Assembly (NCBI GenBank): GCA_041917095.1
Contig: JAYRYI010000006.1
Location: 236,653 to 300,652 of the forward strand
Direction of reading: 5' to 3'
Length of the DNA stretch: 64,000 nucleotides
From: Caulobacter sp.
GTDB lineage: Bacteria > Pseudomonadota > Alphaproteobacteria > Caulobacterales > Caulobacteraceae
Shown here: in pieces, positions 1-8,764 of the stretch
Numbering within the stretch: the stretch's first letter is position 1
Layout: each line of letters starts with the position of its first letter
Position numbers and translations under genes: made by a program
The notes under the pieces: model-generated
Told to the model about the DNA's origin: nothing
Seen by the model: only the letters and a program-made list of their open reading frames with translations
The model's database searches: none

Positions 1-44
1 CCCTGACCGGGGCCGCCGCCGCCCTGCTGGGCGCGTTCGGCCTC

Positions 45-374
45 GTGGCCGAACCCCTCGCCTACGGCGCCGCCATCCTCGTCGCCGGTCTCGTCGCCCT
101 CTGGTTCAGCCTGCGCTGGTGGCGGGCGGTCGATGAAGCGGTCCGCGAAGCCCACAAGACCAGCTGGTTCTGGGGCGCCTCGGCCGGCCTCGTGGTGGTC
201 GGCGGCGTCGCGATGGCGCTCTACGGCGTGACCCAGGGACAGGGGGACGGAGCCTTCGGGTTCACCCCGCGCGAGGCCGGCCTTGTGCTGACCGGCATCG
301 CCTTCACCGTCGTCACCCTGTTCGTCGGCTACGGCCTGTGCTGGGCCGGCTGGTGGCTGCAGCGCAGCCGCTGA
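45..374 (+). CDS. Small integral membrane protein (possibly 5'-truncated by the window edge)
   Basis: Track ORF of 109 aa with a GTG start. The frame stays open back to position 3, so the true start may lie upstream of the window. Hydrophobic helices include ILVAGLVALWF, LVVVGGVAMALY and LVLTGIAFTVVTLFVGYGL. It is the first gene of a membrane-membrane-HTH string. Confidence 0.5.
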   Translation: MAEPLAYGAAILVAGLVALWFSLRWWRAVDEAVREAHKTSWFWGASAGLVVVGGVAMALYGVTQGQGDGAFGFTPREAGLVLTGIAFTVVTLFVGYGLCWAGWWLQRSR

Positions 375-403
375 TCCCCGACGCCTTCGCAAGGATCCTT
401 CCC

Positions 404-808
404 ATGGATGGAAAAGCAAGAAACCCCGCCCAGCGACGCTATATGGCGCGCTTCATCCCCGCGATGACCCTCTATGTGATCCTGATCTTCGGCGTCAGCT
501 GGGTGTTCCGGCAGTACGAGCCGACCGGCCCGGTCGCCTGGGTCCTGGCGCTGCTTCCGGCCCTGCCGCTGCTCGGGATCATCGTCATCATGGCCGCCTA
601 CCTGCGGGAGGAGACCGATGAGTTCGTCCGCAGGATTCTCATCGAGTCGATGCTCTGGGGCGTCGGCCTGACGCTGGCGATCATGACCGTCTGGGGCTTC
701 CTGGAGATCTATGCCGCCGCGCCGAAGCTGCCGTCATTCTGGGCCTTCCCGATCTTCTGCGCGGGCATGGGCGTGGCCCAGCCCGTGGTTCGCCGGCGGT
801 TCCAGTGA
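404..808 (+). CDS. Integral membrane protein, about 4 TM, unknown function
   Basis: Track ORF 338..808 trimmed to the ATG at 404 (MDGKARNPAQRRYMARF...). It has four long hydrophobic segments and sits directly upstream of a small XRE regulator. Confidence 0.6.
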   Translation: MDGKARNPAQRRYMARFIPAMTLYVILIFGVSWVFRQYEPTGPVAWVLALLPALPLLGIIVIMAAYLREETDEFVRRILIESMLWGVGLTLAIMTVWGFLEIYAAAPKLPSFWAFPIFCAGMGVAQPVVRRRFQ

Positions 809-818
809 GGGCTCCAGA

Positions 819-1016
819 ATGAAAAACCGCCTCAAGGTCCTGCGGGCCGAACGCGACTGGAGCCAGGCAGACCTGGCCGAGAAGCTCGAGGTCTCCCGCC
901 AGACCATCAACGCCCTGGAGACCGGCAAGTACGATCCGTCCCTGCCGCTCGCCTTCCGCATCGCCCGCCTGTTCGGGCGGTCCATCGAATCCATCTTCGA
1001 CGACGGCGCGGCCTGA
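819..1016 (+). CDS. Small XRE/Cro-C1 family helix-turn-helix transcriptional regulator (65 aa)
   Basis: Track ORF 711..1016 trimmed to the ATG at 819 (MKNRLKVLRAERDWSQADLAEKLEVSRQTINALETGKYDPSLPLAFRIARLFG). This is the classic HTH_3 signature SRQTI..(L/I)E.GKY.PSL. It is a paralogue of the regulator at 54364..54579. Confidence 0.85.
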   Translation: MKNRLKVLRAERDWSQADLAEKLEVSRQTINALETGKYDPSLPLAFRIARLFGRSIESIFDDGAA

Positions 1017-1047
1017 GCCGCCGCCGGAGCCGCCAGAGGTATCCCTG

Positions 1048-1716
1048 ATGACCAACGCTGTTTCCAAGCCGGGCCTGTCGCAGGCCAACCGCACCCGTCT
1101 CGTGCAGATGGGCGTCGGCGCCCTGGCCGGCGCGGCCGCCGCGATCGCCGGCGTCTCGCTGTCGGACTTCGGCGGCGTCGATCTCGATCAGCTGGGCTGG
1201 TCGGACCATCTGGCGCTGGCGCTGGCGGCGATCATGATCGTCAGCGCCGTGGTCATCGGCCTGAGCAGCTTCAGCGCCAGGGCCGCGGCCCGGATGCTGG
1301 ACCCGGAGAGCCAGGCGCCGGCCCGGCCGCCGCAGCTGACGCTGCTGCGCCAGCAGGCCGCGGTCATGCTGCTCGCGGGGCTGATGATGGGCGCGCCGGT
1401 GCTGGCCAACCTCGTCGTGACGCCGCTGCCGGTCGAACTCGGGGTCGCCACCCTGGCCGCGCTGATCGCATTGCTGCTGCTGCAGACCGGGCTGAACTTC
1501 TCGATCTGGAACCGCGGCGACGAGATGATGAAGGGCGTGATGTCCGAGGTCGCGACCGTCTGCTTCTGGTCGATGCAGGGCGCGCTGTTCCTCTGGGCGG
1601 CGGCGGAGAAGCTGGGCGTCGCCCCGCCGCTGACCAGCTGGGACCTGATGAGCCTGCTGATGGCCTTCTACCTGCTGATCTCGTCGGTGATCGCCGCCCG
1701 GCGCGGTTTCGCCTGA
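1048..1716 (+). CDS. Integral membrane protein, unknown function (222 aa)
   Basis: Track ORF with multiple hydrophobic helices. It lies 31 nt downstream of the XRE gene on the same strand and shows coding-like G/C3 bias. Confidence 0.65.
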   Translation: MTNAVSKPGLSQANRTRLVQMGVGALAGAAAAIAGVSLSDFGGVDLDQLGWSDHLALALAAIMIVSAVVIGLSSFSARAAARMLDPESQAPARPPQLTLLRQQAAVMLLAGLMMGAPVLANLVVTPLPVELGVATLAALIALLLLQTGLNFSIWNRGDEMMKGVMSEVATVCFWSMQGALFLWAAAEKLGVAPPLTSWDLMSLLMAFYLLISSVIAARRGFA

Positions 1717-1761
1717 CCTTGACCCTGTAGACGGTGCGGAGCGTTCGTCGTGCGCGCGATC

Positions 1762-1914
1762 ATGACTGTCCTGGCCCTGTCGCTCGGCCTGCTGGCCGGC
1801 GTGACGACCCTGGCCGCGGTGGCCGAGCCGGCGGCCCCGGTTCTGCGTGAACTGGCGGGAATGGCCGAGCCGCGGGTGCGCCTGGTCGTGCAGGCGCCCG
1901 TCCTGCCGCGGTAG
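1762..1914 (+). CDS. Candidate small secreted peptide (50 aa)
   Basis: Hand-translated, because it falls below the track length cutoff: MTVLALSLGLLAGVTTLAAVAEPAAPVLRELAGMAEPRVRLVVQAPVLPR*. The N-terminus looks like a signal peptide and G/C3 is high. I recognise no homology. Confidence 0.25.
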   Translation: MTVLALSLGLLAGVTTLAAVAEPAAPVLRELAGMAEPRVRLVVQAPVLPR

Positions 1915-1920
1915 CCGCCG

Positions 1921-2526
1921 CTACTCGGCGGCGACCGCCGGCGGCCGCAGGTAGATCGAGCGCTTCGGCACGCTCATCACCCGGTGCAGCATCGGCACGA
2001 AGGCTTCCAGCGGCATCGACTCGTAGTTCGGATCGAAGGCCGACTGGTCGTACAGGTGGCAGAACTGCGCCGTGTACTCGAAGTGCGGATGCCCCCGGAA
2101 CTGCTCGCGCATGTCGCGGTCCAGGCCCAGGTGGTGGAAGAAGTAGTAGCCCTGGAAGATGCCGTGCTGCTGCACCATCCAGTGGTTGGCCTCGGACACG
2201 AACGGGAAGACCATCGCCGCTCCGATGTCCGGGTGATTGCGCGGGCAGAGCACGTCGCCGATGTCGTGCAGCAGGGCGCAGACCACGTACTCCTCGTCGC
2301 GGCCGTCCCGGAAGGCCCGGGTGGCGGTCTGCAGGCTGTGCTCCAGCCGGTCGACGACGAAGCCGCCGCAGTCGCCCTTCAGCAGGTTCAGATGGCTGAC
2401 GATCCGCTCGGGCAGCTCGCGGCCGTACCGGGCCGAGGCCGAGGCGATGACGGCCCAGTCCTCCTGAGTGCTCTCGGTCATCGCGTGAAACCTGGCCCGC
2501 GCTTCGCCGTGCTCGCCGTCCGCCAT
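1921..2526 (-). CDS. HD-domain metal-dependent protein
   Basis: Track ORF 1921..2655 trimmed to the ATG at 2526 (MADGEHGEARARFHAM...). It carries the LLHDIGD HD motif plus downstream His-rich segments (HWMVQQHG, FFHHLG). Confidence 0.85.
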   Translation of the reverse strand: MADGEHGEARARFHAMTESTQEDWAVIASASARYGRELPERIVSHLNLLKGDCGGFVVDRLEHSLQTATRAFRDGRDEEYVVCALLHDIGDVLCPRNHPDIGAAMVFPFVSEANHWMVQQHGIFQGYYFFHHLGLDRDMREQFRGHPHFEYTAQFCHLYDQSAFDPNYESMPLEAFVPMLHRVMSVPKRSIYLRPPAVAAE

Positions 2527-2639
2527 CGCGTCCTCCCAACGATCGTTTGAACGATGGTGCGCCCGACGGCCGAAGTTCGTCAACGTCGTTGCCGGCGCCG
2601 GTTGCCGGACCTTAGCGTTTTCTTGAGGCTGGTCAGGCA

Positions 2640-4088
2640 ATGTCACCGCTGTCACGGCGAGAAACGCCGCGTGGGGCGGGGTTCATGGGCCCAGGGTTGA
2701 GCAGTAGCGCGGCGGCCGTCCCGGACGGCTTCGACCGGTCGCTGGATCCTCGCGACGAGGCGATACGCCGGCTCGAACTCGAGGTGCTGGAGGTTCAGGC
2801 CAGGCTGGACGTGGCGCTGCACGCCGCCCGTCATGACGCCCTCACCGGTCTGCCCAACCGCGCCGGCTTCGTCGGCGAGCTGACCGCGCGGATCGCCAAC
2901 GGCTTCCAGAGCCAGACCATCTTCCTGATCAACCTCGACCGCTTCAAACTGGTCAACGAGACGCTCGGGAAGGAGGCCGGCGACGACCTGATCCGCAAGA
3001 TCGGCGTGGCGCTCGGCGCAACCATTCCAGGCGGCGGTCTCCTGGCCCGGCTGGGCGGCGATGAGTTCGGCATCGTCACGGAGAGCCTGACGGAACAGGG
3101 CATCGACGAGTTCTGCCAGCGGCTGCTGCGCTGCTGCGCCCAGAGCCGGCGCGTCTACGGCCACGAGGTCCAGGTCAGCGCCTGTATCGGCGTCTGCGTG
3201 CAGAAGCCCGAGAACGACAACGGAGACGTGCTGCGCCAGGCCGACCTCGCGCTGAGGGCCGCCAAGCGCGAGGGCCGCAATCGCTACCGCCTGCACGATG
3301 AGGAGATCGCCGGCTCGTCCAGCCGTCGCCTTCAGCTGGAGGCCGGCATGGAGCGCGCGCTGCGGGCCGGCGAGTTCAGCATGGTCTACCAGCCGATCGT
3401 CGACGGCGAGACCTGCGAGACGCTCGGCTACGAGGCCCTGATCCGCTGGATCAGCCCCGAGTTCGGTCCTGTCTCGCCCGCCGACTTCATCCCCGTGGCC
3501 GAGGAGACCGGCCTGATCCTGGAGCTCGGCGACTGGATCATGCGCCAGGCTATGAAGGACTGCCGCCGCTGGAACGGGCCCTATGTCTCGATCAACCTGT
3601 CGGCGCGCCAGTTCCTGTACCAGAAGATCGGGGACCGGATCCTGCAGTACGCCAGGGACTGTCATCTGCCGGCCGACCGCATCCAGGTCGAGCTGACCGA
3701 GACGGCGATCATCGATGACGTCGATCGCGCCCGGGACAATCTGCGCACCCTGCGCGACGCCGGCGTGCGGGTGGCGCTGGACGACTTCGGCACCGGCTAT
3801 TCGAGCCTGACCTACCTGCACAGGTTCGACATCGACTGCATCAAGATCGACAAGTCGTTTGTCGACGCCGTCACCCGCGACCGCCAGGCGGCGATGATCG
3901 TCGCCTCGGTGACCAAGCTGGCGCGCACGCTGGGCATGAAGGTCGTCGCCGAGGGCGTCGAGAGCGAGCCGCAGCGCCAGGTGCTGATGGCGGCCGGCTG
4001 TGACTACCTGCAGGGCTTCCACTTCGGCCGTCCGGTCACGCCCGGCGAGGTCAGCCAGAGCCGCGTCGAGCCCGCCGCCGAGGTCTGA
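2640..4088 (+). CDS. GGDEF/EAL dual-domain cyclic-di-GMP signalling protein
   Basis: Contains RLGGDEFGIV (GGDEF), YEALIRW (EAL) and DDFGTGYSSL motifs after an N-terminal coiled segment. An alternative start exists at Met16 (2685). Confidence 0.9.
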   Translation: MSPLSRRETPRGAGFMGPGLSSSAAAVPDGFDRSLDPRDEAIRRLELEVLEVQARLDVALHAARHDALTGLPNRAGFVGELTARIANGFQSQTIFLINLDRFKLVNETLGKEAGDDLIRKIGVALGATIPGGGLLARLGGDEFGIVTESLTEQGIDEFCQRLLRCCAQSRRVYGHEVQVSACIGVCVQKPENDNGDVLRQADLALRAAKREGRNRYRLHDEEIAGSSSRRLQLEAGMERALRAGEFSMVYQPIVDGETCETLGYEALIRWISPEFGPVSPADFIPVAEETGLILELGDWIMRQAMKDCRRWNGPYVSINLSARQFLYQKIGDRILQYARDCHLPADRIQVELTETAIIDDVDRARDNLRTLRDAGVRVALDDFGTGYSSLTYLHRFDIDCIKIDKSFVDAVTRDRQAAMIVASVTKLARTLGMKVVAEGVESEPQRQVLMAAGCDYLQGFHFGRPVTPGEVSQSRVEPAAEV

Positions 4089-4091
4089 TCC

Positions 4092-4116
4092 CCGCGCGCC
4101 CGGCGCGGCCTTTTCC
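4092..4116 (+). terminator. Candidate intrinsic terminator after the GGDEF/EAL gene
   Basis: CCGCGC-GCCCG-GCGCGG stem-loop followed by CCTTTTCC, starting 4 nt after the stop codon. Confidence 0.5.
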
Positions 4117-4155
4117 GTTGCGACGCCATCCCGGCCATGCGAAGACCGCCGCCGC

Positions 4156-4229
4156 GCGGGCGTGATGTAGTGGTAGCCTGGAAGCTTCCCAAGCTTTTCG
4201 TACGGGTTCGATTCCCGTCGCCCGCTCCA
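4156..4229 (+). tRNA. tRNA-Gly (anticodon CCC)
   Basis: 74 nt: GCGGGCG acceptor stem pairing with CGCCCGC, anticodon arm GAAGC-TTCCCAA-GCTTT, T-arm ACGGG-TTCGATT-CCCGT, and an encoded CCA. Near-identical in layout to the tRNA-Gly(CCC) sequence as I recall it from enterobacteria. Confidence 0.93.
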
Positions 4230-4297
4230 TCCTTTCTGCACATCCAGGTTCTAGCTGTCCGGAGGCGCGCGCGAGGCGTGGCGAGGGAGGCCGCGAG

Positions 4298-4780
4298 GTG
4301 GCGAGACTGCTGGACATCCGCCGATACGCCGCCGCCCTGCTGACGGCGGTGGCCGCGCTGCTGGTGCTGGCGGCGGCCGACGTGCGCTGGTGGCATCCAG
4401 CCTGCGACAATGCCTGGGACGGCGGCGGCTTCTACGGCGTCGGCTTCCCGTTTCCGGCCTCCATGCCGACCGTCATGTCGATGGAGTTCAGCTACATGCC
4501 GCATGTCCAGGCCCTGAACCTGATCGTGCTGGCGGCGGTGCTCTATCCGCTGATCGCGGCCGTGCACGGCAGGATCACCGGCTGGCTGCCGGGCCTGCGG
4601 TGGCCGCTGGCCTGGATCGCGCTGGCGCTGGCGCTGATGACCGGCGGGCTGACGGCGCTGATGACAATCGAACTCGGCCGGCCGAGCCTGTCGATCGCTG
4701 ACACGGGTCAGGATCACTACTGGGACTTCCGCCCGGCGGCGCTGGTCGTCGGACGCGGCGCCCGGGCTTGCCAGCGTTGA
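4298..4780 (+). CDS. Hypothetical membrane protein (160 aa)
   Basis: Track ORF with a GTG start. It has an N-terminal signal/anchor (AALLTAVAALLVLAAA) and three further hydrophobic helices. I recognise no family. Confidence 0.5.
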   Translation: MARLLDIRRYAAALLTAVAALLVLAAADVRWWHPACDNAWDGGGFYGVGFPFPASMPTVMSMEFSYMPHVQALNLIVLAAVLYPLIAAVHGRITGWLPGLRWPLAWIALALALMTGGLTALMTIELGRPSLSIADTGQDHYWDFRPAALVVGRGARACQR

Positions 4781-4784
4781 AGGT

Positions 4785-5612
4785 TCAGGCCGTCTCGACG
4801 AACCCCTCCGTCAGCAGTCGGCCGTCCGGCGCGGTCAGCTGGAAACCGGTGCGTGCGCCCTCGGCCCGGTCTGTCCGCAGCAGCATGTCCTCGCCCGCCC
4901 AGGCCGGGGACCGGAACCGCGCGGCCAGCCGGGTGATCCTCGCGGCCGGAGGCGCGGCGCGCAGGCCGGCGAGGGCCCACAGCGCCGTCCCATGGATCAG
5001 GATGTCGGGCAGACCGGCGGCGAGGGCGACGGCGCGTTCGGTGTGGATCGGGTTCCAGATCTCGGCGCACTCCGAATAGAGGTGCGGGAACGCGCGAGGG
5101 GTCGCGACGGGCGACGGATCGCCGGCCGGCTCGAACGGTGCGCCGAACACGTCCGGCTCGACCGGGCTGTCGGGCCCGTCGACGGCGACGCCGCGCATGA
5201 CGCTGATCGAGGTCGAGACGGCGACCCGTTCGTCGCCGACGCGGCTCTCGTAGACCGTGGTCGCCACCGCGCCGGCCCGGCTGGCGCGCACGCCGGTCAG
5301 TTCGGCGGTCACGGTCAGCGTCTCGCCGGCCAGCACCGGCCGCAGGAAGTGCGTGTCCTGCGAGGCGTGGACGCCGCGCAGCCGCTCTTCGGCGGTCAGG
5401 GTCTGCGCCGGGTGCGCCCGGCTCTCCAGCGCCAGAACCCATTCGGGCGCGACCACCTGCATCGGCAGCATCTCCAGCGGCCCGGCCGCGTCGTCGAGGC
5501 CCGCCGCGTCGTCCGGCGCCAGAACGCCCCGGAACGCCAGCACGCGGCGCGGGGTCACCGCCCAGTCCAGCGGACCCCAGCGCGTTCCGACGAGAGCGGC
5601 GTTGAAGGCCAT
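4785..5612 (-). CDS. MaoC-like (double hot-dog) dehydratase family protein
   Basis: The C-terminal half carries the MaoC signature WNPIHTERAVALAAGLPDILIHG. At 275 aa it is consistent with two hot-dog halves. Confidence 0.8.
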   Translation of the reverse strand: MAFNAALVGTRWGPLDWAVTPRRVLAFRGVLAPDDAAGLDDAAGPLEMLPMQVVAPEWVLALESRAHPAQTLTAEERLRGVHASQDTHFLRPVLAGETLTVTAELTGVRASRAGAVATTVYESRVGDERVAVSTSISVMRGVAVDGPDSPVEPDVFGAPFEPAGDPSPVATPRAFPHLYSECAEIWNPIHTERAVALAAGLPDILIHGTALWALAGLRAAPPAARITRLAARFRSPAWAGEDMLLRTDRAEGARTGFQLTAPDGRLLTEGFVETA

Positions 5613-5615
5613 CGG

Positions 5616-6644
5616 TCAGCCAGCCCGGATTCGCTCGATCGCCTCGCGGACCCAGACCTTGAGGTTGTCCTTCAGGTCCAGCGGCGTGCGGCCGCCGCGG
5701 ACCATCACCAGGTCGAGATCGGGGACCACACAGGTGTACTGGCCGTCGTAGCCGTTGGCCGAGAAGCTGCCGGGGCCGCCGACGCCGAGCCACCAGTGGG
5801 CGCCGTAGGGCGCTTCCGGATCATGCTTCGAGGCGGTGAGGGTGCGGGCATAGTCGACCCAGCCCTCCGGCAGCAGCCGCTCGCCCTCCCAGACGCCGTC
5901 ACGCAGGTAGAGGTAGCCGAACCGCGCGAAATCGAGCGCGCTGCAGAAGCAGAAGGACGAGCCGATGAAGGTCCCTGCCGCGTCGAACTTGGGGAGGGGA
6001 CTCTTCATGCCGAGCGGGCCGAACAGGCGCTCGCGCATGAAGACCTCGAACCCGGCGCGGTCGGTTCCCAACGCGCGGCCGAGGGCCCGGGCGACGATGT
6101 TGGTCGTGCCGCTGGCGTAGCTCATGACCTCGCCGGGCGGGTGGATCAGCGGCTGGGCGGCGGCATAGGCGGCGGTGTCGTCCTTGCCCGAGCCGTAGAG
6201 CATCTCGATCACGTCGGAGACGCTGCCCGGGACATAGTCCTCGACGAACTTCAGCCCGCTGGACATGCGCAGCAGCTGGTCCAGCGTGATCGCGGCGCGC
6301 GGGTCGCCGGGCCGGGTCCATTCGGGGACGTCGGCGGGGGCATGGATGTCGAGTTTGCCGTCCAGCACGGCCATCCCGACCAGGGCCTGGGTCATGCTCT
6401 TGGCCTTCGACCAGGACGGGAAGGTGCTCTCGCGGCCGAGGCCCTCGCCGTAGCGCTCGAAGACCAGCCGCCCGCCCTGGACGATCACGACGGCGTCGGT
6501 GAGGCCGGTCGAGGCCTCGGCTTCCGGCGCGAACGCGGCGTCGAGGAAGGCGCGGATGTCGGCGGGGAGTGGAGCGCCCTGGGGCCAGTCCTGCGTCGGC
6601 CAAGGGGTGTCGGAGGGCTGGGCGGGGAGCGGGGACAGGGTCAT
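5616..6644 (-). CDS. Serine hydrolase, beta-lactamase/PBP-like family
   Basis: Only the 3' 342 codons of the 886-aa track ORF look real, starting at the ATG at 6644 (MTLSPLPAQ...). It has the S-x-x-K motif SWSK and a YASG segment. The upstream part of the track ORF is antisense to three other genes. Confidence 0.85.
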   Translation of the reverse strand: MTLSPLPAQPSDTPWPTQDWPQGAPLPADIRAFLDAAFAPEAEASTGLTDAVVIVQGGRLVFERYGEGLGRESTFPSWSKAKSMTQALVGMAVLDGKLDIHAPADVPEWTRPGDPRAAITLDQLLRMSSGLKFVEDYVPGSVSDVIEMLYGSGKDDTAAYAAAQPLIHPPGEVMSYASGTTNIVARALGRALGTDRAGFEVFMRERLFGPLGMKSPLPKFDAAGTFIGSSFCFCSALDFARFGYLYLRDGVWEGERLLPEGWVDYARTLTASKHDPEAPYGAHWWLGVGGPGSFSANGYDGQYTCVVPDLDLVMVRGGRTPLDLKDNLKVWVREAIERIRAG

Positions 6645-6679
6645 GAGGGGAGATTGGAGCGGGGCGAAGCCGTTGTCAT

Positions 6680-6835
6680 CCTCCCCGGAGCAAGGCGAGG
6701 GGGAGGTGGCCCGGCGGAGCCGGGTCGGAGGGGGCGGCGCCGTCTTTGAAGGTTGGGCTCCGGATGACCGGCCCGCGCCGGCGCCGACCCCTCCACCGCG
6801 CTCCCCGCGGTCCCCCTCCCCACTGCGTGGGGAGG
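6680..6835. repeat. Composite palindromic intergenic element, family A
   Basis: Terminal hairpins CCTCCCC-N13-GGGGAGG (6680-6706) and CCTCCCCA-CTGCG-TGGGGAGG (6815-6835). Terminal inverted repeats are ATCCTCCCC, and the inner arms are also mutually complementary. The architecture matches 56559..56693. Confidence 0.6.
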
Positions 6836-6869
6836 ATTGTAGGGTCAGTTTCCAATCGGAGATTCCCCT

Positions 6870-7259
6870 ATGGCCAAGGCCCATGTCGCCAGCGGCGGAC
6901 CGCACTGGGCGACCGCGATCACCACCGGCGCGCACAGCTTCATGTCGGATGAGCCGGCCGCGCTGGGCGGGGCGGACGCGGGGCCGGCGCCCTATGATCT
7001 GCTGCTGGCCAGCCTGGGGTCCTGCACGGCCATCACGCTGCGGATGTACGCCGCGCGCAAGGCATGGCCGCTGGACGAGGTGACCATCGACCTGTCGCAC
7101 CACAAGGAAGACGACCGTTCGAAGATCACGCGCAAGATCTGGCTCGAGGGCGATCTCGACGACGCGCAGCGCGCGCGGCTGGCCGATATCGCCGAGCGCA
7201 CGCCCGTGACCTTGACGCTGAAGAACGCCGCCGACATCACGACCGAGCTTCAGGGATAG
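6870..7259 (+). CDS. OsmC/Ohr family peroxiredoxin-like protein
   Basis: 129 aa with GPAPYDLLLASLGSCTAITL, typical of the OsmC family. Confidence 0.85.
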   Translation: MAKAHVASGGPHWATAITTGAHSFMSDEPAALGGADAGPAPYDLLLASLGSCTAITLRMYAARKAWPLDEVTIDLSHHKEDDRSKITRKIWLEGDLDDAQRARLADIAERTPVTLTLKNAADITTELQG

Positions 7260-7268
7260 GGAGTCTTC

Positions 7269-7949
7269 ATGTCCGGACGGGTTTACGCGATTACCGGCGG
7301 CTTCGGCGTGCTGGGTCAGGCGGTGGCGCGCGCGGCGCTGGCGGCGGGCGGCCGGGTGGCGCTGATCGACGCGGCGCCGGAGGGGCGCGGCCTGCCGGAC
7401 GGGGTGCTGGCGCTGGGCGGCGTCGACCTGACCGAGGTCGCGCAGGCGCGCGGCGCGATGGACCGCGTCGCGCTCGATCTCGGGGCGCTGGACGTGCTGG
7501 TCAACGTCGCCGGCGGCTTCGTCTGGCAGACGCTGGAGGACGGCGATCCGGCAAACTGGGAGCGGATGTACCGCCTCAACACCCTGACCTGCGCCAACGC
7601 CTCGCGGGCGGCGCTGCCGCACCTGCTGGCGGCGAAGGCGGGGCGGATCGTCAACGTGGGCGCGGGCGGCGCGGTCAAGGCGGCCGGCGGCATGGGCGCC
7701 TACGCCGCGTCCAAGGCGGGCGTGCATCGCCTGACCGAAAGCCTGGCCGAGGAGACCAAGGGGAAGATCACGGTCAACGCCGTCCTGCCCTCGATCATCG
7801 ACACTCCGACCAACCGCGCGGACATGCCCGACGCCGACTTCGGCGCCTGGGTCACGCCGGACGAGGTGGCCCAGGCGATCGTCTGGCTGGCCTCGGAGGC
7901 GGCCAGCGGGGTGACCGGCGCGCTGCTGCCGGTCAGCGGACGCGTCTGA
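7269..7949 (+). CDS. SDR family oxidoreductase
   Basis: ITGGFGVLGQAV (TGxxxGxG) and YAASKAG (YxxxK). Confidence 0.85.
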   Translation: MSGRVYAITGGFGVLGQAVARAALAAGGRVALIDAAPEGRGLPDGVLALGGVDLTEVAQARGAMDRVALDLGALDVLVNVAGGFVWQTLEDGDPANWERMYRLNTLTCANASRAALPHLLAAKAGRIVNVGAGGAVKAAGGMGAYAASKAGVHRLTESLAEETKGKITVNAVLPSIIDTPTNRADMPDADFGAWVTPDEVAQAIVWLASEAASGVTGALLPVSGRV

Positions 7950-8001
7950 CCCCCAATCGGGTGGTGACCCATTCCCCGGGAGGTTGTAAGCCCGGCCCAT
8001 C

Positions 8002-8646
8002 ATGACGGAGTCGCCCCAGCACGCCCCGCGGATCTCCGAGATCCTGGCGGGCATCGCCTCGCAGAAGCGGAAGACCGTTTCGGTGCGCGATGTGCTGGAG
8101 GCGTTCGGCGACCGCGCGTTCGGCGCCCTGATGTTCGTGTTCGCCGCGCCGGTGGCGCTGCCGATGCCGCCGGGCGTGTCGGCCATCCTGGGCGCGCCGC
8201 TGCTGTTCATCACCTCGCAGCTGATGATGGGACGGCGCACCCTGTGGCTGCCCAAGGCGCTGGCCGACCGCACCATGAGCCGGTCGGACTACGCCGGCCT
8301 CGTCGAGAAGCTGACGCCGTACCTGACGTGGATCGAACGCCGGCTGCGGCCCAGGCTGACCTTCCTCTACAATCGCTGGTTCGACGGCGTGACCGGGCTG
8401 ATCTGCCTGGCGCTGGCCATCGTGGTGTTCCTGCCGATCCCGTTCGGCAACATGCTGCCGGCGCTGGCCATCGCCGCCTTCGGTCTCGGCATCGCCGAGC
8501 GTGACGGGTTCATGGGCCTGTTCGGCGGGGTCGCGACGGCGATCAGCATGGCCATGCTGGCGCTGCTGTCCGGCGCGATGATCGCGGCGGCCGCCACCTT
8601 CGTGCGGGTGCTGCTGGCGACCGTGGACAAGGTCTGGCCGTTCTAG
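8002..8646 (+). CDS. exoD: ExoD-family exopolysaccharide synthesis membrane protein
   Basis: 214 aa. Contains RAFGALMFVFAAPVALPMPPGVS...LLFITSQLMMGRRTLWLP...FLPIPFGNMLPA, the characteristic ExoD layout. Confidence 0.8.
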   Translation: MTESPQHAPRISEILAGIASQKRKTVSVRDVLEAFGDRAFGALMFVFAAPVALPMPPGVSAILGAPLLFITSQLMMGRRTLWLPKALADRTMSRSDYAGLVEKLTPYLTWIERRLRPRLTFLYNRWFDGVTGLICLALAIVVFLPIPFGNMLPALAIAAFGLGIAERDGFMGLFGGVATAISMAMLALLSGAMIAAAATFVRVLLATVDKVWPF

Positions 8647-8651
8647 GCCCT

Positions 8652-8756
8652 GCGTCCTTCGACACGCCCGCTGCGCGGGCTGCTCAGGAAGACTGAGAAA
8701 GAAGGTCATTCCCCCTTAGTCATGCTGAGCAGCGCCGCAGGCGCGTGTCGAAGCAC
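8652..8756. repeat. MITE/REP-like palindromic element, family B
   Basis: The left arm TTCGACACGCCCGCTGCGCGGGCTGCTCAGGAAGA (8658-8692) is the imperfect reverse complement of the right arm TCATGCTGAGCAGCGCCGCAGGCGCGTGTCGAA (8720-8752). It shares the flank GCGTCCTTCGACAC with the copy at 29441. Confidence 0.65.
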
Positions 8757-8764
8757 GCAGTGGT

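Noticed and set aside
1921-2526. Naming the HD-domain protein as a PhnZ-type phosphonate oxygenase
   Set aside because: Only the generic HD and His-rich pattern is visible. No phosphonate-pathway neighbours (phnY, transporters) are present, so I left it as a generic HD-domain protein.
4156-4780. tRNA-Gly as the attachment site of a genomic island
   Set aside because: There is no integrase, no direct repeat of the tRNA 3' end that I could find downstream, and the flanking genes have the same compositional character as the rest of the window.
6680-6835. CRISPR array or other regularly spaced repeat array among the short repeats
   Set aside because: The repeats are palindromic composite elements that occur singly at dispersed intergenic sites. 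There is no regular repeat-spacer periodicity and there are no cas genes.
6645-8276. Upstream 540 codons of the 886-aa minus-strand track ORF 5616..8276
   Set aside because: This part is antisense to the well-supported osmC-like, SDR and exoD genes. Its composition is Arg/Gly/Pro/Ala-rich, as expected when a GC-rich gene is read backwards. Only the 3' 342 codons (the serine hydrolase) show family motifs.
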